Shown here in pieces: positions 52,570 to 64,000 of a DNA stretch of 64,000 nt. The translations under genes and the position numbers were made by a program. Numbering within the stretch: the stretch's first letter is position 1; the number at the start of each line of letters is the position of its first letter. Where the stretch lies: NCBI GenBank assembly GCA_002189035.1, contig NEEC01000004.1, forward strand, positions 248,001 to 312,000. The letters run 5' to 3'. The notes beneath the pieces are model-generated. The model made no database searches, had not been told where the DNA came from, and saw only the letters and a list, made by a program, of their open reading frames with translations. This DNA comes from Utricularia gibba. Taxonomy: Eukaryota; Plantae; Magnoliophyta.

Positions 52570-53478
52570 CTGTTTCGTTTCCCCCCACCCGGAAAAAGGA
52601 ATTCGCGCTAATTGATTATTCTAGGAAGCATTAGCAACAGCCGCAACTGGGAAACAACACCCCCGCTTCGCCTGGGCTACCGATTAGACATGTACGAAAA
52701 CTTTACGAAAGCCAAGAGACCGATTGGCGTCTCTGGACTATAAAGATAATTTAATCATTTTAAAGCAGCCTTAAACTCTATTTAAAAATACCTTTAAATC
52801 CCATTAACATCACAAAAATTATATAACTTAATTACTTAACAGAAATTGACCATCAACACTTAATAATGAACAATCAAAAAAATAAAAAATGATGTTAATT
52901 TAATTCATAATTCTAAATATCACTTTTTATCAAATAAAGAATTAACCTATGTTATTTGATACAAATTTATTTTCCATATCTTATTAAATAAGAAAAATAA
53001 TAAAATTTCTTTCTTTCTTTGTCAAAATTTACTCCTACACAGCACTGAATAGAGAAGAAGAGTTTATGAGGTTTCTAAAGAAGATAGGTGCAATTTGCAA
53101 TTTGCAGCACAGGGAGAAGTCTATTCTCATGTTGGTTTCGGGTTCTGAGATGGGAGACGTGTGAGCGGGAGAGTGCGCAAATACATGGGTACTTGCTAGA
53201 CAGACACAAGGATGAATGAATACCAGTACCTGTGTTGGGTGAGCGGTTAGTTGAGTGTCTTTAAGATGAGCTCGGACAACTTTACAAGTATTCAATTCAA
53301 CTCATCTTTCAAGTTGTGTTGTAGTATGTGGACAGAAAAGGATTCCTTGATTGCACTGCATGGAAAGGACCTGTCTGTGTTTCTTCTTGTGGGGAAGCCA
53401 TTCATCAATACGGTAAGTGAAAAAGATGGAGAATGGGTGGCTGTTCTGTTATTTTAGAAGCAATTGGGAAGTCCGAGT

Positions 53479-54457
53479 TTAGACATACTGGCCATTGGTG
53501 GCTAGAAGTGCGATCCTCAAGCACTCCCTTGCACCGCTGTAATTCAAAAATCCCAGAAACCAGAATTCCTGGCTGTCTTGGGATGTGATCTGGATGTATT
53601 TCTCTACTGGATTTGTGGTGCTGGTTGAGGCATTCACGGACTGCAGCTGGTGCAATGGGACCACCACCTGTATCAGGCTCTGCGCTTCTCATACTAACGT
53701 CGAACTGGCCATGAGGGATTTACAGGGAAGGAGCGTACCTTGTAGTAGCTCCACTCAGTCTCAGTGCTATCAGCAGCTTGGTAAGAACGAGGATCATCGC
53801 TGCAAAAAGCCAGCTTTAAAGTGGAAACAAACAGCACCCCCATGACTGGACCAGCAGATGTGGATAAGTAGCAAGCAAATGAATTGACCAGGATCTCCTC
53901 TTCCACTGCTCCGAATGTTTGGCGAAATAACTTGTCATAACCGCCTTCCGCAATAACCTTCGTTCCATGAGCGATTCTTCCGAGAGCAGCATCAGCCATG
54001 CTAGGACTCGTTTTCACTAGAAAGAATCAAACAAAACATCTTCTACTTATGGTGGCCTCGCATCATGCTCAATACAAGAAAACGTGTGCTCTTCAATTGA
54101 AGCAAAGGGGAATATCATGCAGAGATAGGGTTGTAAGTTCTCACAGTGTTGCCAGGTGTTCCAGGAAAAATCTTTGGCTTCACCCACCTTCTTCCCCCAT
54201 CTCCCAAGAACATCCTTGAAATTAGCTATGGTGTCTGATATAAAACAAAAACGAAAACCCACTCTCCTTCTTAATCTCTGATCAACTCATATTCCAATCT
54301 ACCGAGTAGCAATACAACACAGTGGAGACGGAAAAAACCGCTAAACGATACAAATCGTTTCCAAGTCACACTAACCTTTGAAATTGAATGATGGCATATT
54401 CGGTGTAGGCTCCGGATCCGGGGAGTGATTGACCCGATCGGAATTCTGAGTCTCCAT
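53479..54457 (-). CDS. GLABRA2 expression modulator / GEM-like GRAM-domain protein; exons approx 54457-54376, 54234-54145, 54016-53739, 53667-53479; true start may lie further upstream
   Basis: [11 protein letters not shown]...[40 protein letters not shown]...[15 protein letters not shown]...[13 protein letters not shown]...EKYIQ...[10 protein letters not shown]. Confidence 0.9.
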
Positions 54458-55679
54458 CTCCTATTCCAGCTCCGCCCGCTGACTCGGCGGGGGCTTATTC
54501 TCAGTTCTCCGACTTTTGTTGGAACTCTTGAAAGCTTACTGACGTAATGCGCCATGCCACGACCATGATCTGGGTCGGGTTCGGAGCCTTGAATTTTGAT
54601 CCGAATCCGGATCCCGATTCCATAGGATAAGTATCACAACTTGTCAATGACATAACGTTATTTATAATTACATGTATACATTTTTTAAAATATTTTTATA
54701 GTACAAATATTTTAATTTTTATTTCTATTTAGTACAAAAATTTAAAATATATTATTTTGATACAAATATTAAATATTATATCATTTTTAAAATATCAACG
54801 TTTTTTAAAACATTATATAGATATATACATTGTTTAGAAAAATTTTAAAATAATACAAACGTTTTTTTATGCATACTTTTTGATATAAACGTGTATTGTA
54901 AATTATGATTTTAAATAAAATATATTAAAATAGTTAATATATTGAAATATATATTAAAAATTGAAACAAATGTAGCCCCATTTCTAACTATATCTCTAAT
55001 TTCTATTTATATCATTTTCATAGATTTTTAATTGATATTCTTTTTTTCATTTTTCCCAAAATCCAATGGCCACGTGGACCATCTAAAACACGTAATCGGA
55101 ATTCTCTATAAAAAAATAAAAATTATTTCATAAAGTAAGATCCAATTCATATAACATATTCACAAATTATAACACAAAATGAAAATGAATTATTTACCTA
55201 TTTCTCACTATATATAGTCCAAAATAACACGCTCTCAATAATTCTAAAGCATCCATTATATTTTTTTATTCACGTGGATGTCTTAAAAAGACAGGTCTAT
55301 TTTGGAATGAAAACTATATTCTGTATGTATTCTTTTAATCCCAAAAAAAAGAATGTCATTTTCACACTTGGAGAACACTCAAGGTTATTAACAAGTCAGG
55401 GATAGAGATTGTAAAATACTAATAATTACAAAGAAATATCAAAATAATTCAAATAAGTTGAGTGTTCATCATCCAATTATTTTAATGAATACTAATAAAA
55501 AAATACCAATATGATTTTACAAGTTATCCATTCAATGTCTTAAATAACATATTTCTAACTATTTTACAATATAAAACGTCAATTAAATAAAGAAAAAACA
55601 TATGTTATGAAGTTGGTATCATGTCTGGGTCATGAGATTTGTCCCATTGCAACATCTGGGTGTTTACATGAATGGCGTG

Positions 55680-58580
55680 AAGTTGATCACACGTACATGC
55701 CACGTAATAATTATCAAGGTGCAACGTTGTGTTCCTGGGGTGGACGACATGAAAGGTGATGGTACACTATGGTTTGTTTGTTTATTCTTGTAAACTACGA
55801 ATCAACGTACATTCGACTGGTTTTTGTCACATATCACCACGGGGATGGGCCACAGAATATCCATGGAGAAGTTCAATTCCGAGAGTGCAACTACAACAAA
55901 TACATACCAAAAGACACTCATGTCTCATTTCGATTGTGGATCACTTCAATTTCTCTCTCAGACATTAATAAAAAAACCAGTAATATTGAACATGAACAAT
56001 CTCGTACTCAAGAATACACACATGGGGTGTCTTAGTCTAAGGTTATTGAAGGGTGAAATAAATGGTAACGGAAATGTGTGAAATTTTGGAAGCTGCATCT
56101 TCACCATTGGGCGTGGGGGATGGATTCCTTGGGCACCACTCAATGGCGAGGGTATGCGGTTATAAATAACTCGAACAGTGGCCAAGCCTGGGGAGGATTG
56201 GGAGATGGCGAATGAGGGGGAGGAGGAGACGTTGACGTCTTCGTTGTTGGAGAATCCCCAGTCATCGAATTTGACTGTGGTAGTTTCCGAGCGGCAGGTT
56301 TTTCTGGCGAGTGTGTGGACTGAAACGCGGAAGCTATGGAGAATCGTCGGTCCGGCCACCTTCAGCCGGCTCTCCACGTATACGATGTTCCTCTTAACCC
56401 AGGCCTTCGCCTGCCACTTTGGCGACGTCGAACTGGCCGCTATATCCATCGCCACAACCGTCATTGCGGGCTTCGATTTCGGCCTCATGGTACCCCTACA
56501 GAAGGGATTTTTGTTGATTTTACGATCGGCGGTCTTTGAGATTTTCTTGTTTTTCAGATTGGGATGGCGAGTGCTCTGGAAACTCTTTGTGGGCAAGCTT
56601 TTGGGGCGAAGAAGTATTATATGCTGGGTATTTATCTTCAGCGTTCGTGGATAGTCCTTTCACTCTGCGCTGTTCTGATTCTGCCGATGTTCATCTTCGC
56701 GACTCCGGTTCTCAAGTTTCTTGGGCAGCCGGATGACGTGGCGGAGCTGACCGGAGTTTTAGCACTATGTTTCATTCCCTTGCATTTCAGCCTTGCTCTG
56801 CAGTTACCGCTTCAGAGATTTTTGCAGAGCCAGCTGAAAAACAGCGCAACTGCTTGGGTTAGCTTCGTAGGCTTGGTCATTCACCTTTTTGCAAACTGGT
56901 TGTTTATCGTTCATCTCCGGTTGGGAATCGTCGCAACGGCGCTGATCTTGAGTTTAAGCTGGTGGGTGCTTGTGTTCGGCCTTTCGGCTTACGCCCTTTG
57001 TGGCGGATGCCCCCTTACGTGGATGGGCTTTTCCTCGGAGGCCTTCTCCGATCTATGGGGGTTCTTGAAGCTCTCTCTTTCCTCCGGCGTCATGCTATGG
57101 TAAAAATTCTGGATCCAGTTTACCGGCTGACACCTTTTTCCATCATCTTTTCTAAATTGGGGTTCGCCTGCACCATCTACGTAAGTTTACTTAAAAGTTG
57201 ACTGCCTATTTTATTTTTCCTTGTAGCTTGGAGAATTGGTACTACATGATAGCAAGTGAGGATGAACCTGAGATAAGTCAGAAGCAACCTGGAGGAAGCA
57301 CCGAAGACACAGACCTGAGCATAAGGAGGACGACGGAAGAGAACAGAAAGAAGAAGAAGGTCTGCCCAGACGTTGGGCTTATTATGCTGGACAGCGCTAT
57401 AAGGAAGTGGGCCATAAAAGAGAACTCAATGATTGAGCCCCATGAGAAAGGAATTCGGCCCACAAACAGGACCACTGCTGTCAGATGACATTTGGAGGAG
57501 TAACGGCTAACACCTAGTAGATAGGCTACCGTTACTCAGCACTTGACTATAAATATGTGAGATCTGTAGTAACAAACTGATTCTGTTTTGGTGAAGTTTC
57601 AATAAAAAGGCCTCTTTGATATCAAATATCCACTACATCCGACAATACATGCTTCTATCCAAGCTCTCAAATCCATACATCTTCAACCGCTATCACTACA
57701 GAGTTCTTATCTTAATGACCGGTGGCCTAGAAAATGCTAAAATTGCACTGGACGCATTGTCCATCTGGTAGGCAAGCTTCTCTTCTCTTCTCTTCTGCAA
57801 TAATTCTGCAATAATTCGTTCTTCTGTGTTATTCAGCATGAACATCAACGGCTGGGAAATGATGATTCCATTAGCATTTTTCGCCGGTGTCGGGTACCAT
57901 TCTGCCATTTGTTTCTTCCATATGAAGACGAAACCGCACTGAGTATGACTGACACAAGACACGGGGATGGTTAAAAATGGGTTTGTTCTGTTTGCAGGGA
58001 GAGGGTGGCTAACGAGCTGGGCGCCGGTAACGGAAAAGGTGCGAAATTCGCGACGGCGGTGGCGGTGGCGCAGTCGATACTAATCGGTCTGGTCTTCTGG
58101 TTGCTGATAATATTTTTCCACGGAGAACTGGGGATGATATTCACCTCCAGCCAGCCCGTTCTCGACGCCGTCAAAAAACTCTCTTCTACTCGCTTTCACC
58201 GTCCTCCTCAACAGCGTTCAGCCCATTCTTTCCGGTAACCATCTATACCCTTTTGTTCTTTTTTTAATGGTGCTCCAGACCAGACCAGAGCAGACCTTTA
58301 AAAAATGGGGTTGTTTGGATGAATGCATATGATGATGCGGTGCAGGGGTGGCGGTTGGTTCCGGATGGCAGGCGCACGTGGCGTACATCAACCTTGGTTG
58401 CTACTACTTGATTGGGCTGCCCCTCGGCTTCCTCATGGTCTGGGTTTTCGATCAGGGCGTCATGGTATGATGATGATGATGATTAGATTGCATTGCCCTC
58501 GAACACAGTTAACAAATGATGACTACCTGATTAGGGGATCTGGGCGGGAATGATCTTCGGAGGAACCGCGGTGCAGATCC
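55680..58580 (+). repeat. Copy 1 of a tandem segmental duplication (MATE gene plus upstream region); copy 2 spans 61406 to beyond 64000
   Basis: Colinear homology from aagttgatcac (55680 vs 61406) through promoter, exons and introns; offset ~5.7-5.8 kb. Confidence 0.95.
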
Positions 58581-58797
58581 TGATTCTCGTCGTCATTACA
58601 GCACGGTGTAACTGGGACGAGGAGGTAATCAGTTCAATTCAATTCAATTACGCTGTAATGATGATAAAATGGTTTAGAAGTTGGAAATAGAAACGTGCAT
58701 AAAACAAACCCGTCTCTGATTTCGGTGCCGTGGCGTGCAGGCTGCCAAGGCGGTCGAGCATGTGGACAGATGGTCCAAGTCGTTGGGGAAAGCGTGA
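56205..58797 (+). pseudogene. MATE efflux transporter (DETOXIFICATION 27-like) copy 1; 8 exons; exon 3 interrupted by a solo LTR and exon 5 carrying a 2-bp frameshift
   Basis: [14 protein letters not shown]...[30 protein letters not shown]; insertion 57247-57695; ctctc vs ctctctc at ~58179-58183 relative to copy 2. Confidence 0.9.
57247..57695 (+). mobile_element. Solo LTR, 449 bp, with a 5-bp target-site duplication
   Basis: Termini TGATAGC...GCTATCA (perfect 7-bp inverted, TG..CA); flanking CTACA at 57242-57246 and 57696-57700; CTATAAAT ~57547 and AATAAA 57601-57606; paralog has the empty site. Confidence 0.93.
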
Positions 58798-59519
58798 GAG
58801 CGATTAGCAGATGGAAGCTATTGAACTGGGAATCTGAATCACCAAATGCTTGCTACCCAGTTACCACTCCATGACGGAAAGGAACACACGTGTGTTTTGT
58901 AGACACAGTGTACTACTACTGTTTGTGCATGCTCCTTCACAAATCCTCCTCGGGATTATCTTCCTGGAAACTGTCGATTGATCCCCTGAAATGACATTTT
59001 TCATTGAATTAGCCATTTTTGTCTTCCACTGGGAGGTGAACAAAACAATGCACCCCACATGATGGACATGTAAATAATAGGGTTTCTTGAATCCTGGCCT
59101 TCCTTTTTGCGCTTTTGTTTCTTCTTTCAATCACGTGGTTTCACTTGTTGATCAACAACGAAGGCGATGGGCAAACCGGTGGACCAGAAACTTTCCAATC
59201 GGCAGGAAAAGATGATGATATCCTCCCTCGTTGCTTTTCTTCCTCACACACATGACAGCGCAGTTATTCCGTCGCATGAGTGGTGCTCATCCAGGAGAAG
59301 CGTGGATGGATGAGCACCTGATCATCCTTGAGGCTCAAGGCTTGAGCTCGGCAACCACAGCCCTGATGCATGTAGCGAAGAATGAAGCAAGCCAGGCATA
59401 CCAGTGATGTGGAACCACAACCACGTGTTTCCATTGACAAGCTGGAAGGTGCACTTGTTGGGTCGAACGGAGATGACGGGCTGGACTTTTACTTTTATAT
59501 CCACTGCGTTTCAATTTCA

Positions 59520-60180
59520 TTTCTAGTATACCCATTGTATGTTGATATGCGAAAAAATTAATCACCTTCTAAAAATTAATTTTTATTTTATTATATTTTA
59601 TTCAGATTGTATTAAATAAAAAGCGTATGTATCCATTTTGTCTATATTAATGCTGATATGGATTTTAATCTTGTTTTTTATTTATTTTATTATGTAAATT
59701 TGATAAGTAATGTGAAAAATATTAATTTATACTAAATGTATGATAATTAAATGTAAAACATATATCATTATTCATTAATGAAACTTTGTAGTAAAATAAC
59801 TCTTTTTTAAAAAAATTTATTAATCAAATAATCCAATTTTGGAATTATGATCAAACTAGCTTTTTTGTTTATTCATTTGTTAAGTATTTATGCTTTTAAT
59901 TCATATTATATGATATTATATTTTTTATAATAAAAAAACTATTATATTAGTAAATAACGATATATGTTTTTACATTTAATTATCATATATTTAGTATAAA
60001 TTAATATTTTTCAAATAATTTATCAAATTTAATTATAAATTAAATAAAAAAAATTAAAATCTATATCAACATTCATGTAAATAAAATGGATATATAAGCT
60101 TTTTATTTAATATAAATTGAATAAAATATAATAAAATAAAAATTAATTTTTGAAAGATGAATACTTTTCTCACATAGCAA
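59520..60180. other. Extremely AT-rich low-complexity spacer (similar tracts at ~2560-2800, 7260-7900, 11100-11640, 14960-15450, 54640-55600)
   Basis: Base composition seen directly; no terminal inverted repeats recognised. Confidence 0.6.
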
Positions 60181-60406
60181 CATACAATGGATACTTTATA
60201 AATGAGAATAAAAAACAATGGATAGAAAAGTAAAAAACTTGATGAAGGGCCTGATGGTTATCCCATGATCAGCAACAGTGCGGTAGACATGATCATGAAG
60301 ATGTGAGTGGAGCTCACACGTGGTGGGTGTGAGAATTCTGTATGTTATGGGGGTGCTGCTGATTGAATGTTGTTGGATGATGAGCAAGGCATCTGAATCA
60401 GGGAAT

Positions 60407-61760
60407 TGTAGGGAAGAGTGTGGCTGTGTGTATGCGTTGCTTTTCATGGCTGTATTGATTGACTGAAAATAATGAAATTCTCACAATTAGGAGTTGCTCT
60501 CAATACCAGGAGGTTTTTCCATTATTGGGGTTTTACTTGGCTAAATTGTTGTCCCTTCCATTACTCACACTGATACACCCATTAAGAATACACTTATACA
60601 ATCACATAGTGTGCTGTTAGGCTATATTTGATTGTTGTGCCTACAACTAGTATCAGAGCGTGGATGAGGTCCATGGTGTGCCGAAGCTTACGTCCACGAA
60701 TAGAACTGTGGTGGTCTAAAATCAAATATGTGCTCATTTGCAAGGATTTTTGGGAACCAGTGCATCCAATATTGAGGAACTAGAATGGAAGAAGCTACAT
60801 ATGAAGGTGATGATGATTATGTATTTATGCATTGACAACAATCTCTCATATAGGATTATTGAATTCGATGATGCGAAAGAGCTCTGTAAGGCATTGGAGG
60901 AGCCAGCCATATAATGTATTAAACAAACTTGCTTTATATAAAAGCATGTCACGATTCAAATTCAAGGATGGTGATTCCATGGCGGAGCATCTGAGTTTGT
61001 TCAAGTATATTGTGGATTAATGGTGGTAATTAAGATGAGTTTTGATTAAGAAATTCAAGTCATCGAAGTGATGAATACATTACCAGATTCAAGAAAGACT
61101 TTGATGATCATGTTGAACAATTTAGCTAATGGAGGGCTTAAGTATGAGGCATGGCAACCACCTTGTTACAAGAGGAATTACATTGAAAGAATACAATAGT
61201 TGGAAAGAGTGGTGACCTTAATAATACAATAGCTTTTGGAAATGGAAATTTCAAAAAAAGATCACAAGATCGACAAGGAAGTACTAAGCGAGATAGGTCC
61301 AAACGCAATGACAAATTTAAAGGGTCTAATGACAAATATGCTAAACAATATGAATTACATTCTTATTTATTATGTGATAAGAAGGGTTGATAAAGGATTG
61401 CTGTCAAGTTGATCACAAATACATGCCACATAATAATTATCAAGGTGCAACATTGTTTTCCTCGGGTTGACGGCATGAAAGGGTAATGGCACATTATGGT
61501 TTGTTTGTTTATTCTTGTAAACTATGAATCAACGTACACTCGCCTGGTTTTTGTCACATGTCACCACGGGGCAGCAGCAAATCTCAGCCACTAAAATGGA
61601 CTACTCTTTATTGAGGGAAATGTAACATGTCACGTGATGGGGGGATGGGCCACATAATGTCCATGGAGAAGTTCAATTCCGAGAGTGCAACTACAACAAA
61701 TACATATCAGAAGACACTCATGTCTCATTTCGATTGTGGATCACTTCAATTTCTCTCTCA
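60407..61760 (+). mobile_element. Decayed Ty1/copia retrotransposon 5' half (candidate LTR 60407-60645, PBS, gag, zinc knuckle, protease-proximal region)
   Basis: TGTAGG...CCTACA termini; PBS-like TAGTATCAGAGC at 60648-60659 (tRNA-iMet type TGGTATCAGAGC, 1 mismatch); gag-like CKDFWEPV, DAKEL.KALE, NKLALYKSMSRFKFKDGDSMAEHLSLF, LPDS; degenerate C..CDKKG...DC; many stops and frameshifts. Confidence 0.8.
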
Positions 61761-62006
61761 GACATTAATAAAAAAAACCAGTAATATTGAACAGGAACAA
61801 TCTCGTACTCAAGAATAAACACATGGGGTGTCTTAGTATAAGGTTATCGAAGGGTGAAATAAATGGTAACAGAAATGTGTGAAATTTGGGAAGCTGCATC
61901 TTCACCATTGGGCCGTGGGGGATGGATTCCTTGGGCACCACTCAATGGCGAGGGTATACGGTTATAAATAACTAGAGCAGTGGCGAAGCCTGGGGAGGAT
62001 TGGAAG

Positions 62007-64000
62007 ATGGCGAATGAGGGGGAGGAGGTGACGCTGACGTCTTCGTTGTTGGAGAATCCCCAGTCATCGAATTTGATTGTGGGATTTTCCGAGCGGCAGG
62101 TTTTTCTGGCGAGTGTGTGGACTGAAACGCGGAAGCTATGGAGAATCGTCGGTCCGGCCATCTTCAGCCGGCTCTCCACATATACGATGTTCCTCTTAAC
62201 CCAGGCCTTCGCCGGCCACTTCGGCGACGTCGAGCTGGCCGCTATGTCCATCGCTACTACCGTCATTGCGGGCTTCGATTTCGGCCTCATGGTACCCCTA
62301 CAGAAGGGATTTTTGTTGATTTTACGATCGGCGGTCTTTGAGATTTTCTTGTTTTTCAGATTGGGATGGCGAGTGCTCTGGAAACTCTTTGTGGGCAAGC
62401 TTTTGGGGCGAAGAAGTATTATATGCTGGGTATTTATCTTCAGCGTTCGTGGATAGTCCTTTCACTCTGCGCTGTTCTGATTCTGCCGATGTTCATCTTC
62501 GCGACTCCGGTTCTCAAGTTTCTTGGGCAGCCGGATGACGTGGCGGAGCTGACCGGAGTTTTAGCACTATGTTTCATTCCCTTGCATTTCAGCCTTGCTC
62601 TGCAGTTACCGCTTCAGAGATTTTTGCAGAGCCAGCTGAAAAACAGCGCAATTGCTTGGGTTAGCTTCGTAGCCTTGGTCATTCACCTTTTTGCAAACTG
62701 GTTGTTTATCGTTCATCTCCGGTTGGGAATCGTCGCAACGGCGCTGATCTTGAGTTTAAACTGGTGGGTGCTTGTGTTCGGCCTTTCGGCTTACACCCTT
62801 TGCGGCGGATGCCCCCTTACGTGGACGGGCTTTTCCTCGGAGGCCTTCTCCGATCTATGGGGGTTCTTGAAGCTCTCTCTTTCCTCCGGCGTCATGCTAT
62901 GGTAAAAATTCTGGATCCAGTTTACCGGCTGACACCTTTTTCCATCATCTTTTCTAAATTGGGGTTCGCTGCACCATCTCCATGAGTTTACTAACAAGTT
63001 GACTGTGTGTGTGTGCCTGTTTGATTTTTCCTTGTAGCTTGGAGAATTGGTACTACAGAATTCTTATCTTGATGACCGGTGGTCTAGAAAATGCTAAAAT
63101 TGCAGTGGACGCATTGTCAATCTGGTAGGCAAGCTTCTTCTTTTCTCACATACGTAACCAGATCCATTTCATAAATTCTGCAATAATTCGTTCTTCTGTG
63201 TTATTCAGCATGAACATCAACGGCTGGGAAATGATGATTCCATTCGCATTTTTCGCCGGTGTCGGGTAACATTCTGCCATTCGTTTCTTCCATATGAAGA
63301 CGAAACCGCACTGAGTATCACTGAAACAAGGCACAGGGATGGTTTACAATTGTTTGTCCTATTCTCAGGGTGAGGGTGGCTAACGAGCTGGGCGCCGGTA
63401 ACGGAAAAGGTGCGAAATTCGCGACGGCGGTGGCGGTGGCGCAGTCAATACTAATCGGTCTGGTCTTCTGGTTGCTGATAATATTTTTCCACGGAGAACT
63501 GGGGATGATATTCACCTCCAGCCAGCCCGTTCTCGACGCCGTCAAAAAACTCTCTCTTCTACTAGCTTTCACCGTCCTCCTCAACAGCGTTCAGCCCATT
63601 CTTTCCGGTAACCATCTATATACCCCTTTTTTTTAACAAAAAAAAAAAAAAAAAAAAAAAAGCGGAAGAAGGGACAGCATTCGGACGACAGTGTCTGCTC
63701 CAGACGAGACGTTTAAAAAAATGGGGTTGTTTGGATGAATGCATATGATGATGCGGTGCAGGGGTGGCGGTTGGGTCCGGATGGCAGGCGCACGTGGCGT
63801 ATATCAACCTTGGCTGCTACTACTTGATTGGGCTGCCCCTCGGCTTCCTCATGGGCTGGGTTTTCCATCAGGGCGTCATGGTATGATGATGATGATGATG
63901 CTATATTACATTGATCTCGAACACAATTAACAAATGATAACTACCTGATTAGGGGATCTGGGCGGGAATGATCTTCGGAGGAACCGCCGTGCAGACCGCG
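62007..64000 (+). CDS. MATE efflux transporter (DETOXIFICATION 27-like) copy 2, apparently intact, running off the window end; exons 62007-62291, 62360-62901, 63038-63124, 63209-63265, 63369-63607, 63762-63880, 63953-64000
   Basis: Open spliced frame including [67 protein letters not shown]. Confidence 0.92.

Noticed and set aside
63630-63700. Long poly(A) and extra sequence in MATE copy 2 intron 5
   Set aside because: The poly(A) is on the wrong side for a retroposed insert and has no TSD; likely homopolymer expansion or indel

Overview
Gene-dense, intron-containing eudicot plant nuclear DNA, with about 22 recognisable protein-coding loci in 64 kb, mostly short introns and AT-rich spacers. 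The species cannot be determined from the sequence. In order, the loci are: 3' end of a gar2-related/NT-C2 gene, CML, YSL6, an intact purine permease plus a rearranged tandem pseudogene copy, a small DUF761-like gene, NTF2, yippee-like, NFD4-like MFS, farnesol kinase, RNR small subunit (TSO2-type), TOM20, O-fucosyltransferase, SRF LRR-RLK, CAX, plastid RNase E/G, MTP-C4, Ole e 1-like, MUB, GEM-like, and a tandem pair of DTX27-like MATE genes. The best-supported unusual structures cluster at the MATE pair. Copy 1 has a 449-bp solo LTR with a 5-bp TSD in exon 3, and copy 2 preserves the empty site. A decayed Ty1/copia element forms the upstream region of both copies, and the copies share a 393-bp identical tract inside otherwise diverged sequence. 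Other observations: template-switch-like duplications in the second PUP, an RNase E whose N-terminus (transit peptide/CBM20) cannot be reconstructed, 1-bp deletions in NTF2 and OFUT that may be assembly errors, several degenerate LINE fragments and a few unexplained ORF islands. I found no rRNA, tRNA or CRISPR features, and nothing that I can defend as a wholly new biological system. All family assignments come from motifs recognised by eye; no searches were run.
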